From positions 3,040,001 to 3,104,000 of the forward strand of contig CAWGAA010000001.1 of the NCBI GenBank assembly GCA_963820525.1: DNA of 64,000 bases, in the 5' to 3' direction. Below are positions 40,617 to 49,540 of this stretch, piece after piece. The position numbers were made by a program, and so were the translations under genes. The stretch's first letter is position 1, and the number at the start of each line of letters is the position of its first letter. The DNA comes from an uncultured Spirochaetota bacterium. GTDB taxonomy: Bacteria > Spirochaetota > Spirochaetia > SZUA-6 > Fen-1364. The notes beneath the pieces were generated by a model. The model did no database searches and was not told the origin of the DNA. It was given only the letters and a program-made list of their open reading frames with translations.

Positions 40617-42540
40617 CCAATCTTCGACAGTTTGGCCCCCTTAAAAAGTGCATTCCCCTCGAATTTGCGGGGAATTTGAAGGTTTTTTTACAACTGGACC
40701 ACTTTATGTAGTGCCACGGAATTGGCAGTTTATGAAGAAAATGCTTGCACAGATGGCCTCTTCATGGTAGTATCCGTAGAGGGGGAGGCAGGCAATGTTC
40801 GTCCGCATCAAGAACTCGCACGGATACAAGTACCTTCAGATCGTTGAAAGCAAGCGTGAGGGCAAAAAGGTCAAACAACGTGTCCTCACCACCCTCGGCC
40901 AACTGGATGCACTCACCGCATCAGGCAAGATCGATGACCTCACCCGATCGCTGGCGAAGTTCTCCTCGATTCGAACGATCATCGATGCTCACCGCGAGGG
41001 CACCATCCAAGCGCACCGCACACTGTCCATCGGTCCCGCCCTTCTCTTCGACCGATTGTGGCAGCAGTTGGGGATCAAAGAGGCGATAAAGGGCCAAGTG
41101 GCCGCTCGCCCATGGCGCTTCTCCCTGGAACGGGCGATCTTCCTCACCGTCCTGCACCGCCTCTTCGATCCGGGAAGCGACCGCGCGGCAGAGCGCTGGA
41201 AGGAGGATTTCCAGATCAGCGGGACAGAGGGAATCGAGCTTCATCACCTCTACCGCGCCATGGGCTGGCTGGGAGAACAGAGCATCCAGCTCGGCCATGA
41301 TGCGCGAAGCCTGCGCTGCCGAAAGGACCTCATCGAAGAGGAGCTTTTTCGCCGTAACCGCGATCTGTTCAGCGAGTTGGAGCTGGTGTTCTTCGACACC
41401 ACGAGCCTGTACTTCGAGGGGCAAGGGGGAGAAAGCCTGGGACAGTACGGGCACAGCAAGGACCACAGACCCGACCTGAAACAGATGGTGGTCGGCGCGG
41501 TGCTGGACGGCACTGGGCGGCCGATCTGCTGCGAGCTGTGGCCAGGGAACCTCACCGATGTCACCTCCCTTATCCCGGTGGTCCAACGACTGAAGAGCCG
41601 CTTCGCAATCGCTTCGGTGTGCGTGGTGGCAGACCGCGGGATGATAAGCGCAGAGACGATCGAGAAACTTGAAACTGATGAGCTTGGCATGTCCTACATC
41701 CTTGGAGCGCGCATGCGCAAGGACAAGACGGTGCGCGATGAAGTGCTTCCTTCCTCTGAGAAGTTCCAAGTAGTCACAGGAGAGAAGAAGAAGCCTGGGG
41801 ATCCCTCCCCCCTATCGGTGCGGGAGCAGTGGGTGGGGGAGAAGCGTTACGTGGTCTGTTACAACGACGATCAGGCCCGAAAGGATGCCGCGGACAGAAA
41901 GGCCATCGTGGAGTCTTTGAAAGAGAAGCTCAAAAGCGGGGACAAGAGCCTCGTGGGCAATAAGGGCTACAGGCGATACCTGAAGTCCGCGGGAAAGGAG
42001 CACTTCACCGTCGACGAGGCCAAGCTCGCGAAGGAGCAGCTGTTCGACGGCATGTGGGTGCTGCGCACCAATACCGCGTTTGCCGCCGCGGATGTGGCAC
42101 TGAAGTACAAGCAGCTATGGATGGTGGAATCGATATTCCGTTCGGCCAAGAGTCTTCTGGAGACCCGCCCTATCTATCACAAAGTTGACGACACTATCCG
42201 GGGGCATGTGTTCTGCAGTTTCCTCGCGCTTGTTCTACGAAAAGAGCTGGAAACGAGACTTGAGAAGCACGGGGCCAAGCTGGAGTGGGCGGATATCAAT
42301 AGGGACCTTCGAGCACTGCAGGAAGTGGAAGTGGAAATGCATGGCAAGAAGCTGTATCTGCGCACCGACCTTCGGGGGGTATGCCACACGGTATTGCAGG
42401 CTGCGGGTGTCGCGGTGCCGCAGACGGTTCGCGAATGATCGCCATGCTAGGGGAAGTCGCGCTGTAGTGCCAAAGAAATTCCGTCGGCTTCTAATTCCTT
42501 ACGGGGCAAGTACTTCATTTTTCAAACTGTCGAAGATGGG
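40617..42540 (+). mobile_element. IS1634 family insertion sequence (1924 bp)
   Basis: TIRs CCAATCTTCGACAGTTTG / CAAACTGTCGAAGATGGG (17/18); CTAGA duplicated at 40612-40616 and 42541-42545. Confidence 0.92.
40795..42438 (+). CDS. IS1634 family DDE transposase
   Basis: FFDTTSLYFEG, GHSKDHRPDLKQ, VADRGM, VESIFR, RPIYH, IRGHVFCSFLA. Confidence 0.93.
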   Translation: MFVRIKNSHGYKYLQIVESKREGKKVKQRVLTTLGQLDALTASGKIDDLTRSLAKFSSIRTIIDAHREGTIQAHRTLSIGPALLFDRLWQQLGIKEAIKGQVAARPWRFSLERAIFLTVLHRLFDPGSDRAAERWKEDFQISGTEGIELHHLYRAMGWLGEQSIQLGHDARSLRCRKDLIEEELFRRNRDLFSELELVFFDTTSLYFEGQGGESLGQYGHSKDHRPDLKQMVVGAVLDGTGRPICCELWPGNLTDVTSLIPVVQRLKSRFAIASVCVVADRGMISAETIEKLETDELGMSYILGARMRKDKTVRDEVLPSSEKFQVVTGEKKKPGDPSPLSVREQWVGEKRYVVCYNDDQARKDAADRKAIVESLKEKLKSGDKSLVGNKGYRRYLKSAGKEHFTVDEAKLAKEQLFDGMWVLRTNTAFAAADVALKYKQLWMVESIFRSAKSLLETRPIYHKVDDTIRGHVFCSFLALVLRKELETRLEKHGAKLEWADINRDLRALQEVEVEMHGKKLYLRTDLRGVCHTVLQAAGVAVPQTVRE

Positions 42541-42615
42541 CTAGAGATTTTCTTCGACGCATGCCATCCGTCACAATTGCATTCTTGCTAATTAGCTCTG
42601 GCTAGCAAACTGACC

Positions 42616-43224
42616 TTATTGTTGGGGCTTGTAGATGAAGGGTCCATCACTATCTTTATATATTTTGGTAAATTCAGGACCAATAGGAATGAGATATTTC
42701 TTGCTTTTCCTATACTCTGTCTTGGACGCAGTTTCTCTACAAACGAGTTGGGCAATTCTTGTTCCAGGATAAAGTGCGATAGGAACATTTGAGATATTCG
42801 CGAGTTCAAGAGTAATGCATCCCTTGAAACCTGGTTCAATAGTGACGGCTGTTGCAATTACTAGACCTATGCGCGCTATCGAAGATCTCCCTTCGATGGA
42901 AGCTTCGATATTTGCTGGGAGCCCTATATATTCAAACGTTGAGCCAAGCACCATTGTTTGCGGGTGGAGGTAGAACGGCGTTCCAAAAGGAACGACGACC
43001 TCTGTTTGTATAGACTTGATCTTTTCTTTGTCATGCATAAGAGATTTCGGATCAATTGCATTAATGTTTTCAATTCGAAATATAATGAATTGATTGGAGA
43101 GACGAAGATCAATTCCTATTTGATTGATCTGGAGATCACGGTCAAGCAATGGAGTTACTACGAGTTTACTCACATCGGACCGGTTAAGATATTCAATCAA
43201 TTCATTCTTAGACAAGGTGCTCAT
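42616..43224 (-). CDS. dcd: dCTP deaminase (trimeric dUTPase fold), accessory AT-rich copy
   Basis: IDLRL, EGRSSIARIGL, IEPGFKGCITLELAN, LYPGTRIAQL. Confidence 0.9.
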   Translation of the reverse strand: MSTLSKNELIEYLNRSDVSKLVVTPLLDRDLQINQIGIDLRLSNQFIIFRIENINAIDPKSLMHDKEKIKSIQTEVVVPFGTPFYLHPQTMVLGSTFEYIGLPANIEASIEGRSSIARIGLVIATAVTIEPGFKGCITLELANISNVPIALYPGTRIAQLVCRETASKTEYRKSKKYLIPIGPEFTKIYKDSDGPFIYKPQQ

Positions 43225-44530
43225 CAGCTGGACCTTTCGAATTCTGATACTCCGAGTCTACATAACTTGAAAAGAGAGACTTAAGAAGTAGACGCATTAG
43301 TATTTGATAATTCGTGATAAACTCATCACCTTTCGATATTTGATCGATCTTTTGGTAATATATCCATCCGGCAAGAATAATATCCGCCATTCCCACAGGT
43401 TTGCCGTGCAATTCATTAGCCGGAATGATATCGTCAAGCTTCAGGTACAATTCGTCGATTTGATTAGGATTGAGATAGTACTTTGGGACTTGGCTCTGAG
43501 CATAGGATATAATATCGGGAAGAGATGCCTTAAAAAGCTTGATCTCCTCTGCAATATCAGTCAGAGCTTTTTGATCCTCATTATCAGAAAGGTACTGCTC
43601 GATGTCCTGCAGATATCTTTTATAGTACTTTGAGCATTCGGACTTAGAGGTAGCTACGGGGGCCATCCTTCCGTCAATCTTTAAAATCTCTTCATATAGT
43701 ACTCTTATACGATACTTGATTGGCGGATAATAATTAGTAAATCTGCTGGGTAATTCTATTTTGCCTTCAAATATGGATATAAAATCTAAAGCAAATAGCA
43801 TCGAAGGGCCAAAGATAAGATATCCACAAATGTCTGAAAGAATCTCACGATACATACCTTCAAGTATCTTCATGCCTTCTATGGTCTTTTCATATGGACG
43901 GAATAGATCAGCGGGAAACTTCTTTCGGTAGTAGGTGCTCAGATGAACGTTCTGATCTAAAATCAGTTTCTTTGCTTCAGGTGTTTCTTTCCATCTATTA
44001 TGGTAGAAATGACCCAATTCATGACCGATCACCGAATAGAGAAGAACATTGGTCTTCTCGAGATAAGGAAACGAAAAGACATGAATTTTCTGAGTGGAAA
44101 ATAGGCTGCTAATCTCTTGTGCTCGAGTCGGGAATATGGTAAGTAGCACATTGCTTAAGGGTCTGATAAGATCGTCTGTCATAACGGAATAGTTAAAATG
44201 CCATTGCGGCCTGAATAAGAGTAGATAGTCGGTTCCAAATTGCTCCTTAAGCATGCGATCAAGATATGGAATAACACTCCATGGAATATTTGCAGTTGAT
44301 GCCCGTTCTATATAGCGAACACTAGGTATGAATCTGGTCGAAATGAATATGAACAAAACCTTGTATGTTGATTCCTCAATCTCACCAAAGTGATCAACAA
44401 AATACTGGATGAACTTCTTGTAGCTGTCTATTGCAAGCACACAGGATTGGTTATAAAAATCAACGGTCTTGATTTCATCGAGATAGTTTCTAGCGCTAAT
44501 GAGCTTTCTATATAGCTTATTCTCAATCAT
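43208..44530 (-). CDS. Putative zincin metallopeptidase (HExxH), 440 aa
   Basis: IGHELGH, downstream REILSD, GP and YPPIKYRI; stop overlaps dcd start. Confidence 0.65.
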   Translation of the reverse strand: MIENKLYRKLISARNYLDEIKTVDFYNQSCVLAIDSYKKFIQYFVDHFGEIEESTYKVLFIFISTRFIPSVRYIERASTANIPWSVIPYLDRMLKEQFGTDYLLLFRPQWHFNYSVMTDDLIRPLSNVLLTIFPTRAQEISSLFSTQKIHVFSFPYLEKTNVLLYSVIGHELGHFYHNRWKETPEAKKLILDQNVHLSTYYRKKFPADLFRPYEKTIEGMKILEGMYREILSDICGYLIFGPSMLFALDFISIFEGKIELPSRFTNYYPPIKYRIRVLYEEILKIDGRMAPVATSKSECSKYYKRYLQDIEQYLSDNEDQKALTDIAEEIKLFKASLPDIISYAQSQVPKYYLNPNQIDELYLKLDDIIPANELHGKPVGMADIILAGWIYYQKIDQISKGDEFITNYQILMRLLLKSLFSSYVDSEYQNSKGPADEHLV

Positions 44531-44547
44531 TTGTTGCGCGTGATTCT

Positions 44548-45004
44548 TTACGCATACTGAAGGGAAGATTGGCTATGCGAAAGTACGTTATAGTTTTCTG
44601 AGTAGATTTTGCTGATCTTCTCAAAGAAATCTTGGAGGTCTGTCGAGGCCTGCCCCTTGTAAAATTTGCCTAGGATTGAGATCAAAATCAGCGAGTTGCT
44701 CTCTAATCTGCGTAAAGTAGTTTTTGAGGGAATTGAGCTTTTCTCTGTTTAGCGGAGTTGTCAGGCTTTCCGTAATCTCAATGACGTCTTTGAGATTTGG
44801 GACGAATTGAAAAACACCCGTAATATCAGATTGATATATATCGACGCCAAGTGTGTCCAGTGATCTAATTAGCTGATCTAAGAATGCTAAACCTTCTTTT
44901 AAGTAGGCTTTAGAGGTTGGAGATAGTGGCGTTTTTGAAGTTATAAGGGTGTGTCGAATGTTATCAAAAATAACCTGAAGTCGAAATTCTTCAAGATTTT
45001 CCAT
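44548..45004 (-). CDS. Hypothetical helical protein (~151 aa), apparent +1 frameshift near 44668
   Basis: GGAGG RBS and ATG 45004; alternative frame continues KFYKGQASTDLQDFFEKISK to TAA at 44548, 17 nt before the next ATG. Confidence 0.6.
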
Positions 45005-45072
45005 GATCTGCCCCTCCCCTAATATATGTCCATTTATACCACTTCGGAGCACTCACTGCAAATACTTTTTTC

Positions 45073-45115
45073 GCATAACATTGTATTAAACTGCATAGGA
45101 CTCTGGCGCAATGGC
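45073..45115 (-). other. Remnant 3' half of an attC (R' GTTATGC) marking start of the last cassette
   Basis: Minus strand GCAGTTTAATACAAT-GTTATGC, no matching R''. Confidence 0.45.
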
Positions 45116-45249
45116 CTATAGCGTCCTGCAAATATGTGACGCGGCCCTGAGGCCAACAAGGCCGAAGGGCCGTGTGGCGGAGCGGCGCGCTGCAGCGCCG
45201 CGGAACCCAAGGCGCCTACTGGCGCCGATGCACATATTTGCTGTTATGT
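45116..45249 (-). other. attC site with degenerate R' core (GCTATAG)
   Basis: R'' ACATAAC contains the gene's TAA; GCAAATATGTG/CACATATTTGC arms; homologous to the other attCs. Confidence 0.8.
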
Positions 45250-46149
45250 GGAGCCCTGCGGTTGCGTGCGCCTTGATCGTATCTTTGTAACTCTATCTAA
45301 TTCTTTTGTGTATTCGGGCCAACTTGTATTGAAAGGTTTACTCTCATCCTTATTTGAAATGAAAGGATAGTGCAACTGACCCATTGTGGAGTTGATGTAC
45401 TCTTCAAGGTACTCCAGCAGTGTTACCTCACTCTGCGGAGTCGTGCCAGCCAACTCCATTTCTAGTTCGTTCAGTTTGTTATGCAGGTCGATCCAGATGA
45501 CTGGGTATTCCTTGTTTCCCAAGACGCCTTTCAAAACGACTTTGTTCTGACAAAAAAGTCGAATGTCATTTCTTCGAAGGGTCAGGAAGTTGTCCCTCAT
45601 CAAAAGTATGGCAAGCTCGACGGATATCACGAATTTACCAATTTCCGCAAATTTGGAGATTCTAAATCCGATGTCAATGGATTTTCCGATGAACTCTGTT
45701 CTTTCACTCTCTACTCTGGAGTTGTCAACAGGAGTATTCCCGGTCCACGCAGTTCCCTTTATCTTGAGCTCACTGGTCTCATTGAATCTCGCGATTGCCT
45801 TCCTAAATACATTGATGTACCACAGTATCAACGAATATTGGCTATCTTCAGCAGGCTTCACTTCTCGGAACGATTCAATGATGCTTATGAAAAACAGCAG
45901 CTCGTCACCATTGATTTTCCATTGAGAAGGAACGGGCAGCGTGAGTTCTCTCTTTTTGCCTGCATTGACCCTTATAGCAGCTCGACTGCATTCTTCTTTC
46001 AGTATTTGAGAAAATTCGCTGTAGAAGTCGCTAAGTGATACAGTCCAATCGCGATCCTGGTATTTTCGCTGAGTCGAATCAATTACGTCAACGCTCAGGA
46101 AGAGGAAAAAATCCTCTTTATTGACTTCTACAGGTTCATGTGGGCGCAT
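45244..46149 (-). CDS. Divergent class III nucleotide cyclase-like protein (cassette gene)
   Basis: FLSVDVIDST, WKINGDE, FIGKSIDIGFRISKFA...VIS, LKG; AGGAGG RBS. Confidence 0.6.
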   Translation of the reverse strand: MRPHEPVEVNKEDFFLFLSVDVIDSTQRKYQDRDWTVSLSDFYSEFSQILKEECSRAAIRVNAGKKRELTLPVPSQWKINGDELLFFISIIESFREVKPAEDSQYSLILWYINVFRKAIARFNETSELKIKGTAWTGNTPVDNSRVESERTEFIGKSIDIGFRISKFAEIGKFVISVELAILLMRDNFLTLRRNDIRLFCQNKVVLKGVLGNKEYPVIWIDLHNKLNELEMELAGTTPQSEVTLLEYLEEYINSTMGQLHYPFISNKDESKPFNTSWPEYTKELDRVTKIRSRRTQPQGST

Positions 46150-46177
46150 CCATAGACCTCCTAGATCGCAGGGTTCC

Positions 46178-46307
46178 ACATAACGTCCCGCAAGTATACG
46201 ACTTGGCCCGAGGCCAACATGGCCGAGGGCCATGTGGTGGAGCGGCGCGCTGCAGCGCCGCGGAGCCCAAGCCGCCCGCCAGGGCGGCGAAGCACATATT
46301 TGCTGTT
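46178..46307 (-). other. attC site; its original R'' box is displaced to 48025-48031 by IS1182
   Basis: ACATAAC...CATATTTGCTGTT, near-identical internal sequence to attC 45116-45249. Confidence 0.85.
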
Positions 46308-48024
46308 GATTCTGTAGGAAAAGCCACGCGCCTACTTTACGCTATTTGATATCCAGCGCACAATAGCTTCATGGCGCGGTATAAGGATCATAATCAGGAT
46401 CAAGGCGAGTTTATTGTCGTCCAGTTCAGCGAGCAACTGCTTATGGATACCTTCGAATACACGCTCAATCACCTGATCAACGAGAAAATAGATTTATCAG
46501 CGCTCGATTCAAAGTATAAGAACGATCTTACCGGTGCTCCTGCATATGATCCTCGGGTTTTACTGAAAATCATTCTTTTCGCCTACTCCAGAGGCATATT
46601 TTCATCACGACGGATCATGGAGCTTTGCGAGACGAATATCATAGCCAAAGCGCTTTCGGCAAACTCCATCCCGCATTTCACGGTCATAGCGGATTTCATC
46701 TCATCGATGAAGGATGAAATCGCCGGCATATTTCTGAAAATCCTCATGGTGTGCCAGGAAATGGAGCTCATCGGCGGAAAGCTGTTTGCGATTGACGGAT
46801 GCAAGCTGCCGTCCAACGCGTCCAAAGAATCGAGCGGCACCTTCAGGGATCTCAAAAGGAGAAAAGAAAAACTTGAAAGAACGGTAAAACTGCTCATTCA
46901 AAAGCATACTGTAACCGACAGAGCTGAAACCGCATCAGGATCCGAAGTTTCGCCAAAGAAGAAAGCCATTGATAGGATCGACTCAAAGATCAAGCACATC
47001 GAGGACTTCCTTAAAACAGAAACGCCGAAACAGGGCAACCGTGGCAAGGAAATACAGTCGAATATCACGGATAACGATAGCGCAAAGATCAAGACTTCTC
47101 ACGGAATGATCCAGGGGTATAACGGGATCGCCCTCGCGGATGAACAAAACCAGGTCATTATAGCCACCGAAGCCTATGGGAAAGGGCAAGAACATGGGAC
47201 ATTCAAGCCCGTTCTTGAAATGGCGGAAGAGAATCTGAAAGCCATCACCGACAAGGAAGAACCTCTTTCAGGAAAGACCGTACTTGCGGACACGAATTAC
47301 TTCTGTGAAGAAAACCTAAAAACAGCCGCGGATAAGAAAATCGAGGCGATCATCCCGGACTACAACTTTCGAAAACGAGACGAGCGCTTCGTGGACAGGA
47401 AAGATCATTCGGGTATCGAGTATAAGTTTGGATTTCAAAATTTCACATATGATGAGAAAACAAACACGTATACATGTCCCAACGGGAAAACACTGAAACA
47501 TAGAGGACATGCAATACTTCATGGATCTTCGGGGCATCGTTATCAATCCAAAGCGTCCGACTTTAAGGGGTGTCGGTTTACAAATAAATGCTTTCATCGC
47601 AAAAAGAATAGCAGCGGCAAGCGGACACTCTTTATAGATGACAAGGATAATTCCACCAATTATTCGGCACAAATGATCCAGAAGATCGACCGGCCGGAGG
47701 TCAGGGATTTATATTCAAGACGGATGGCAATCATCGAACCAGTGTTTGCGAATATCACATTCCATAAGAGACTGAACAGATTCACTCTGAGAACGAAAGC
47801 GAAAGTGAATATTCAATGGCTGTTATATTGCATGGTTCATAATATAGGAAAGATTTCAAAGGCGATGTCTGGAGCGAATGCATGATGGAAAAGAAAATGC
47901 ACACCGATTGTCCGATGATCTATATCGATAGAGTAGTTTTCGCTTTCTGATCATTCATAAATCGTTTTTGAATCGAGTTTGAAGGAGAACTGTTGTCTTT
48001 TGGGCTATATTTTCCTACAGACTC
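46308..48024 (+). mobile_element. IS1182 family insertion sequence (1717 bp)
   Basis: TIRs GATTCTGTAGGAAAA / TTTTCCTACAGACTC (14/15); GTT on both flanks. Confidence 0.9.
46371..47885 (+). CDS. IS1182 family transposase
   Basis: GAPAYDPRVLLKIILFAY..G..SSRRI, IDGCKL, TDNDS, LADTNY, CPNG, IEPVFANI, HNIGK. Confidence 0.93.
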   Translation: MARYKDHNQDQGEFIVVQFSEQLLMDTFEYTLNHLINEKIDLSALDSKYKNDLTGAPAYDPRVLLKIILFAYSRGIFSSRRIMELCETNIIAKALSANSIPHFTVIADFISSMKDEIAGIFLKILMVCQEMELIGGKLFAIDGCKLPSNASKESSGTFRDLKRRKEKLERTVKLLIQKHTVTDRAETASGSEVSPKKKAIDRIDSKIKHIEDFLKTETPKQGNRGKEIQSNITDNDSAKIKTSHGMIQGYNGIALADEQNQVIIATEAYGKGQEHGTFKPVLEMAEENLKAITDKEEPLSGKTVLADTNYFCEENLKTAADKKIEAIIPDYNFRKRDERFVDRKDHSGIEYKFGFQNFTYDEKTNTYTCPNGKTLKHRGHAILHGSSGHRYQSKASDFKGCRFTNKCFHRKKNSSGKRTLFIDDKDNSTNYSAQMIQKIDRPEVRDLYSRRMAIIEPVFANITFHKRLNRFTLRTKAKVNIQWLLYCMVHNIGKISKAMSGANA

Positions 48025-48049
48025 GTTAGGTGAAGGGCAGAACAGCAAA

Positions 48050-48547
48050 TTACCGATATGATTTTGCCATTTTATCCCTTTTCTGCAAAAATTCAGGTTC
48101 CAAATGTTTGGCTAATATTTTAACTATTAAAGATATAGCCTTATCTATATCTTTATAAATATCTGACTCCCAAATGCGAATGACATTCCAGCCGCTATGT
48201 ATTAATGATTTTGTGTTCTTAATATCTCTATCAATATTATTTTCGATCTTAGCAATCCAATATTTACTATTATAGCCCTTTATCAATTTCTTTCTTCTAA
48301 GATGCCAGTCTTTTCCATGCCAAAAATCTCCATCTACAAATACTACACATTTTTCTTTAGTAAATACTATATCAGGTATACCTGGCATAGTCCTCACATT
48401 TTTCCTATAGCGTAAACCGATTTTCCATAAATAATGACGAAGTAGTACTTCTGGCTTAGTATCCTTTTTCTTACTCGCTCCGCGTGCTTTAGCTGAGGCA
48501 TTTTCTGACTTTGGATATAATCCTTTAAATGATGCATTTTTATGCAT
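48050..48547 (-). CDS. vsr: Very short patch repair endonuclease
   Basis: DTKPE, PGIPDIVF, FVDGDFWHG, YWIAKIENNIDRD, GWNVIRIWE. Confidence 0.93.
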   Translation of the reverse strand: MHKNASFKGLYPKSENASAKARGASKKKDTKPEVLLRHYLWKIGLRYRKNVRTMPGIPDIVFTKEKCVVFVDGDFWHGKDWHLRRKKLIKGYNSKYWIAKIENNIDRDIKNTKSLIHSGWNVIRIWESDIYKDIDKAISLIVKILAKHLEPEFLQKRDKMAKSYR

Positions 48548-48550
48548 GAT

Positions 48551-49540
48551 TTATCCAAATATCGCCTTATATAATCCCCCTAATTCTACAATCTCCATTT
48601 TTGATAATGGTAGAATATCAGTTAATTCTGACTTAAATCTAACATCGCTGACTTCTGCAGGAATGTTAGACGTAATTTGGGGAATTTCGATTGCATCATA
48701 TATACTAATAGTATTTAGAGCATTTGAGGAATCAAATCTTATGCGTATAGCATCTCTCCAATCTCTGCCTAAGCTCATCGTGATTATTTGTGAAATTCTT
48801 TCTTTTAATCTTTCTGATATATCCATACGCGAGGTTATTTTTTCCCAAAGATCTATGATGGAAAGGCCATTTGCTTTTTCATCTATCAGGAAAGAAACAA
48901 TCAGTATTCTATTGTTTTTCTTAGGAATTAATTGATCAAGATTGAAATTATGAATACGTATAGGACCTTTAGTCGATTTAACTTCTAATTGTTGTTCTCC
49001 ATTGACAAAGTCAAATAATTCATTCGGATCAGCGTGCCAAGCAGTTGCAGCTAAGTTAATATCGTGCGCATTAGCAATGAGAAATAGTTCACACCAAATG
49101 CCCTCAATAGAGCTTAATGGAGGAGCCTCCATTGATCTAAACAACTCAATTAGATTAGATATTATTAATAAAATGTCTATGTCTTTAGATTCCAAAGGCA
49201 TCAGTGAAATAATCCCAGATAACGCCCGCAAAAAGTATTCTCTTAATATCTGATCTGCTTTTGAGCATTTAATCATCGTGAGCCTTTCTGAAGCGATTGT
49301 TCCATCATTATTAATAATTTGGCACATACAACTGGGACGAAATGAAAAATATTTGAATTCTCTTGGAGGAATAGAAAGCTCGTTTGAATGGCTTTTAGTT
49401 GAGAATAAGAGAGCGGGATTTCCATAAGAATCTTTTGCAATATGAATATTGGGATGCCCAGGCAATACAAGTGCTGAATAGAATTCTCCAGAATCTTTAA
49501 TTTCTTTTAGATTAAGAAATAGTGAAAACAAGTCAATCAT
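48551..49540 (-). CDS. PD-(D/E)XK motif protein (DUF4420-like)
   Basis: GIWCEL, W...FDF...LEVKST; follows Z1 gene with overlap. Confidence 0.75.
   Translation of the reverse strand: MIDLFSLFLNLKEIKDSGEFYSALVLPGHPNIHIAKDSYGNPALLFSTKSHSNELSIPPREFKYFSFRPSCMCQIINNDGTIASERLTMIKCSKADQILREYFLRALSGIISLMPLESKDIDILLIISNLIELFRSMEAPPLSSIEGIWCELFLIANAHDINLAATAWHADPNELFDFVNGEQQLEVKSTKGPIRIHNFNLDQLIPKKNNRILIVSFLIDEKANGLSIIDLWEKITSRMDISERLKERISQIITMSLGRDWRDAIRIRFDSSNALNTISIYDAIEIPQITSNIPAEVSDVRFKSELTDILPLSKMEIVELGGLYKAIFG

Noticed and set aside
44572..44586. GCTATGCGAAAGTAC resembling the partner end of the last cassette
   Set aside because: No attC arms follow and it lies within the probable coding tail of the 44548-45004 gene.
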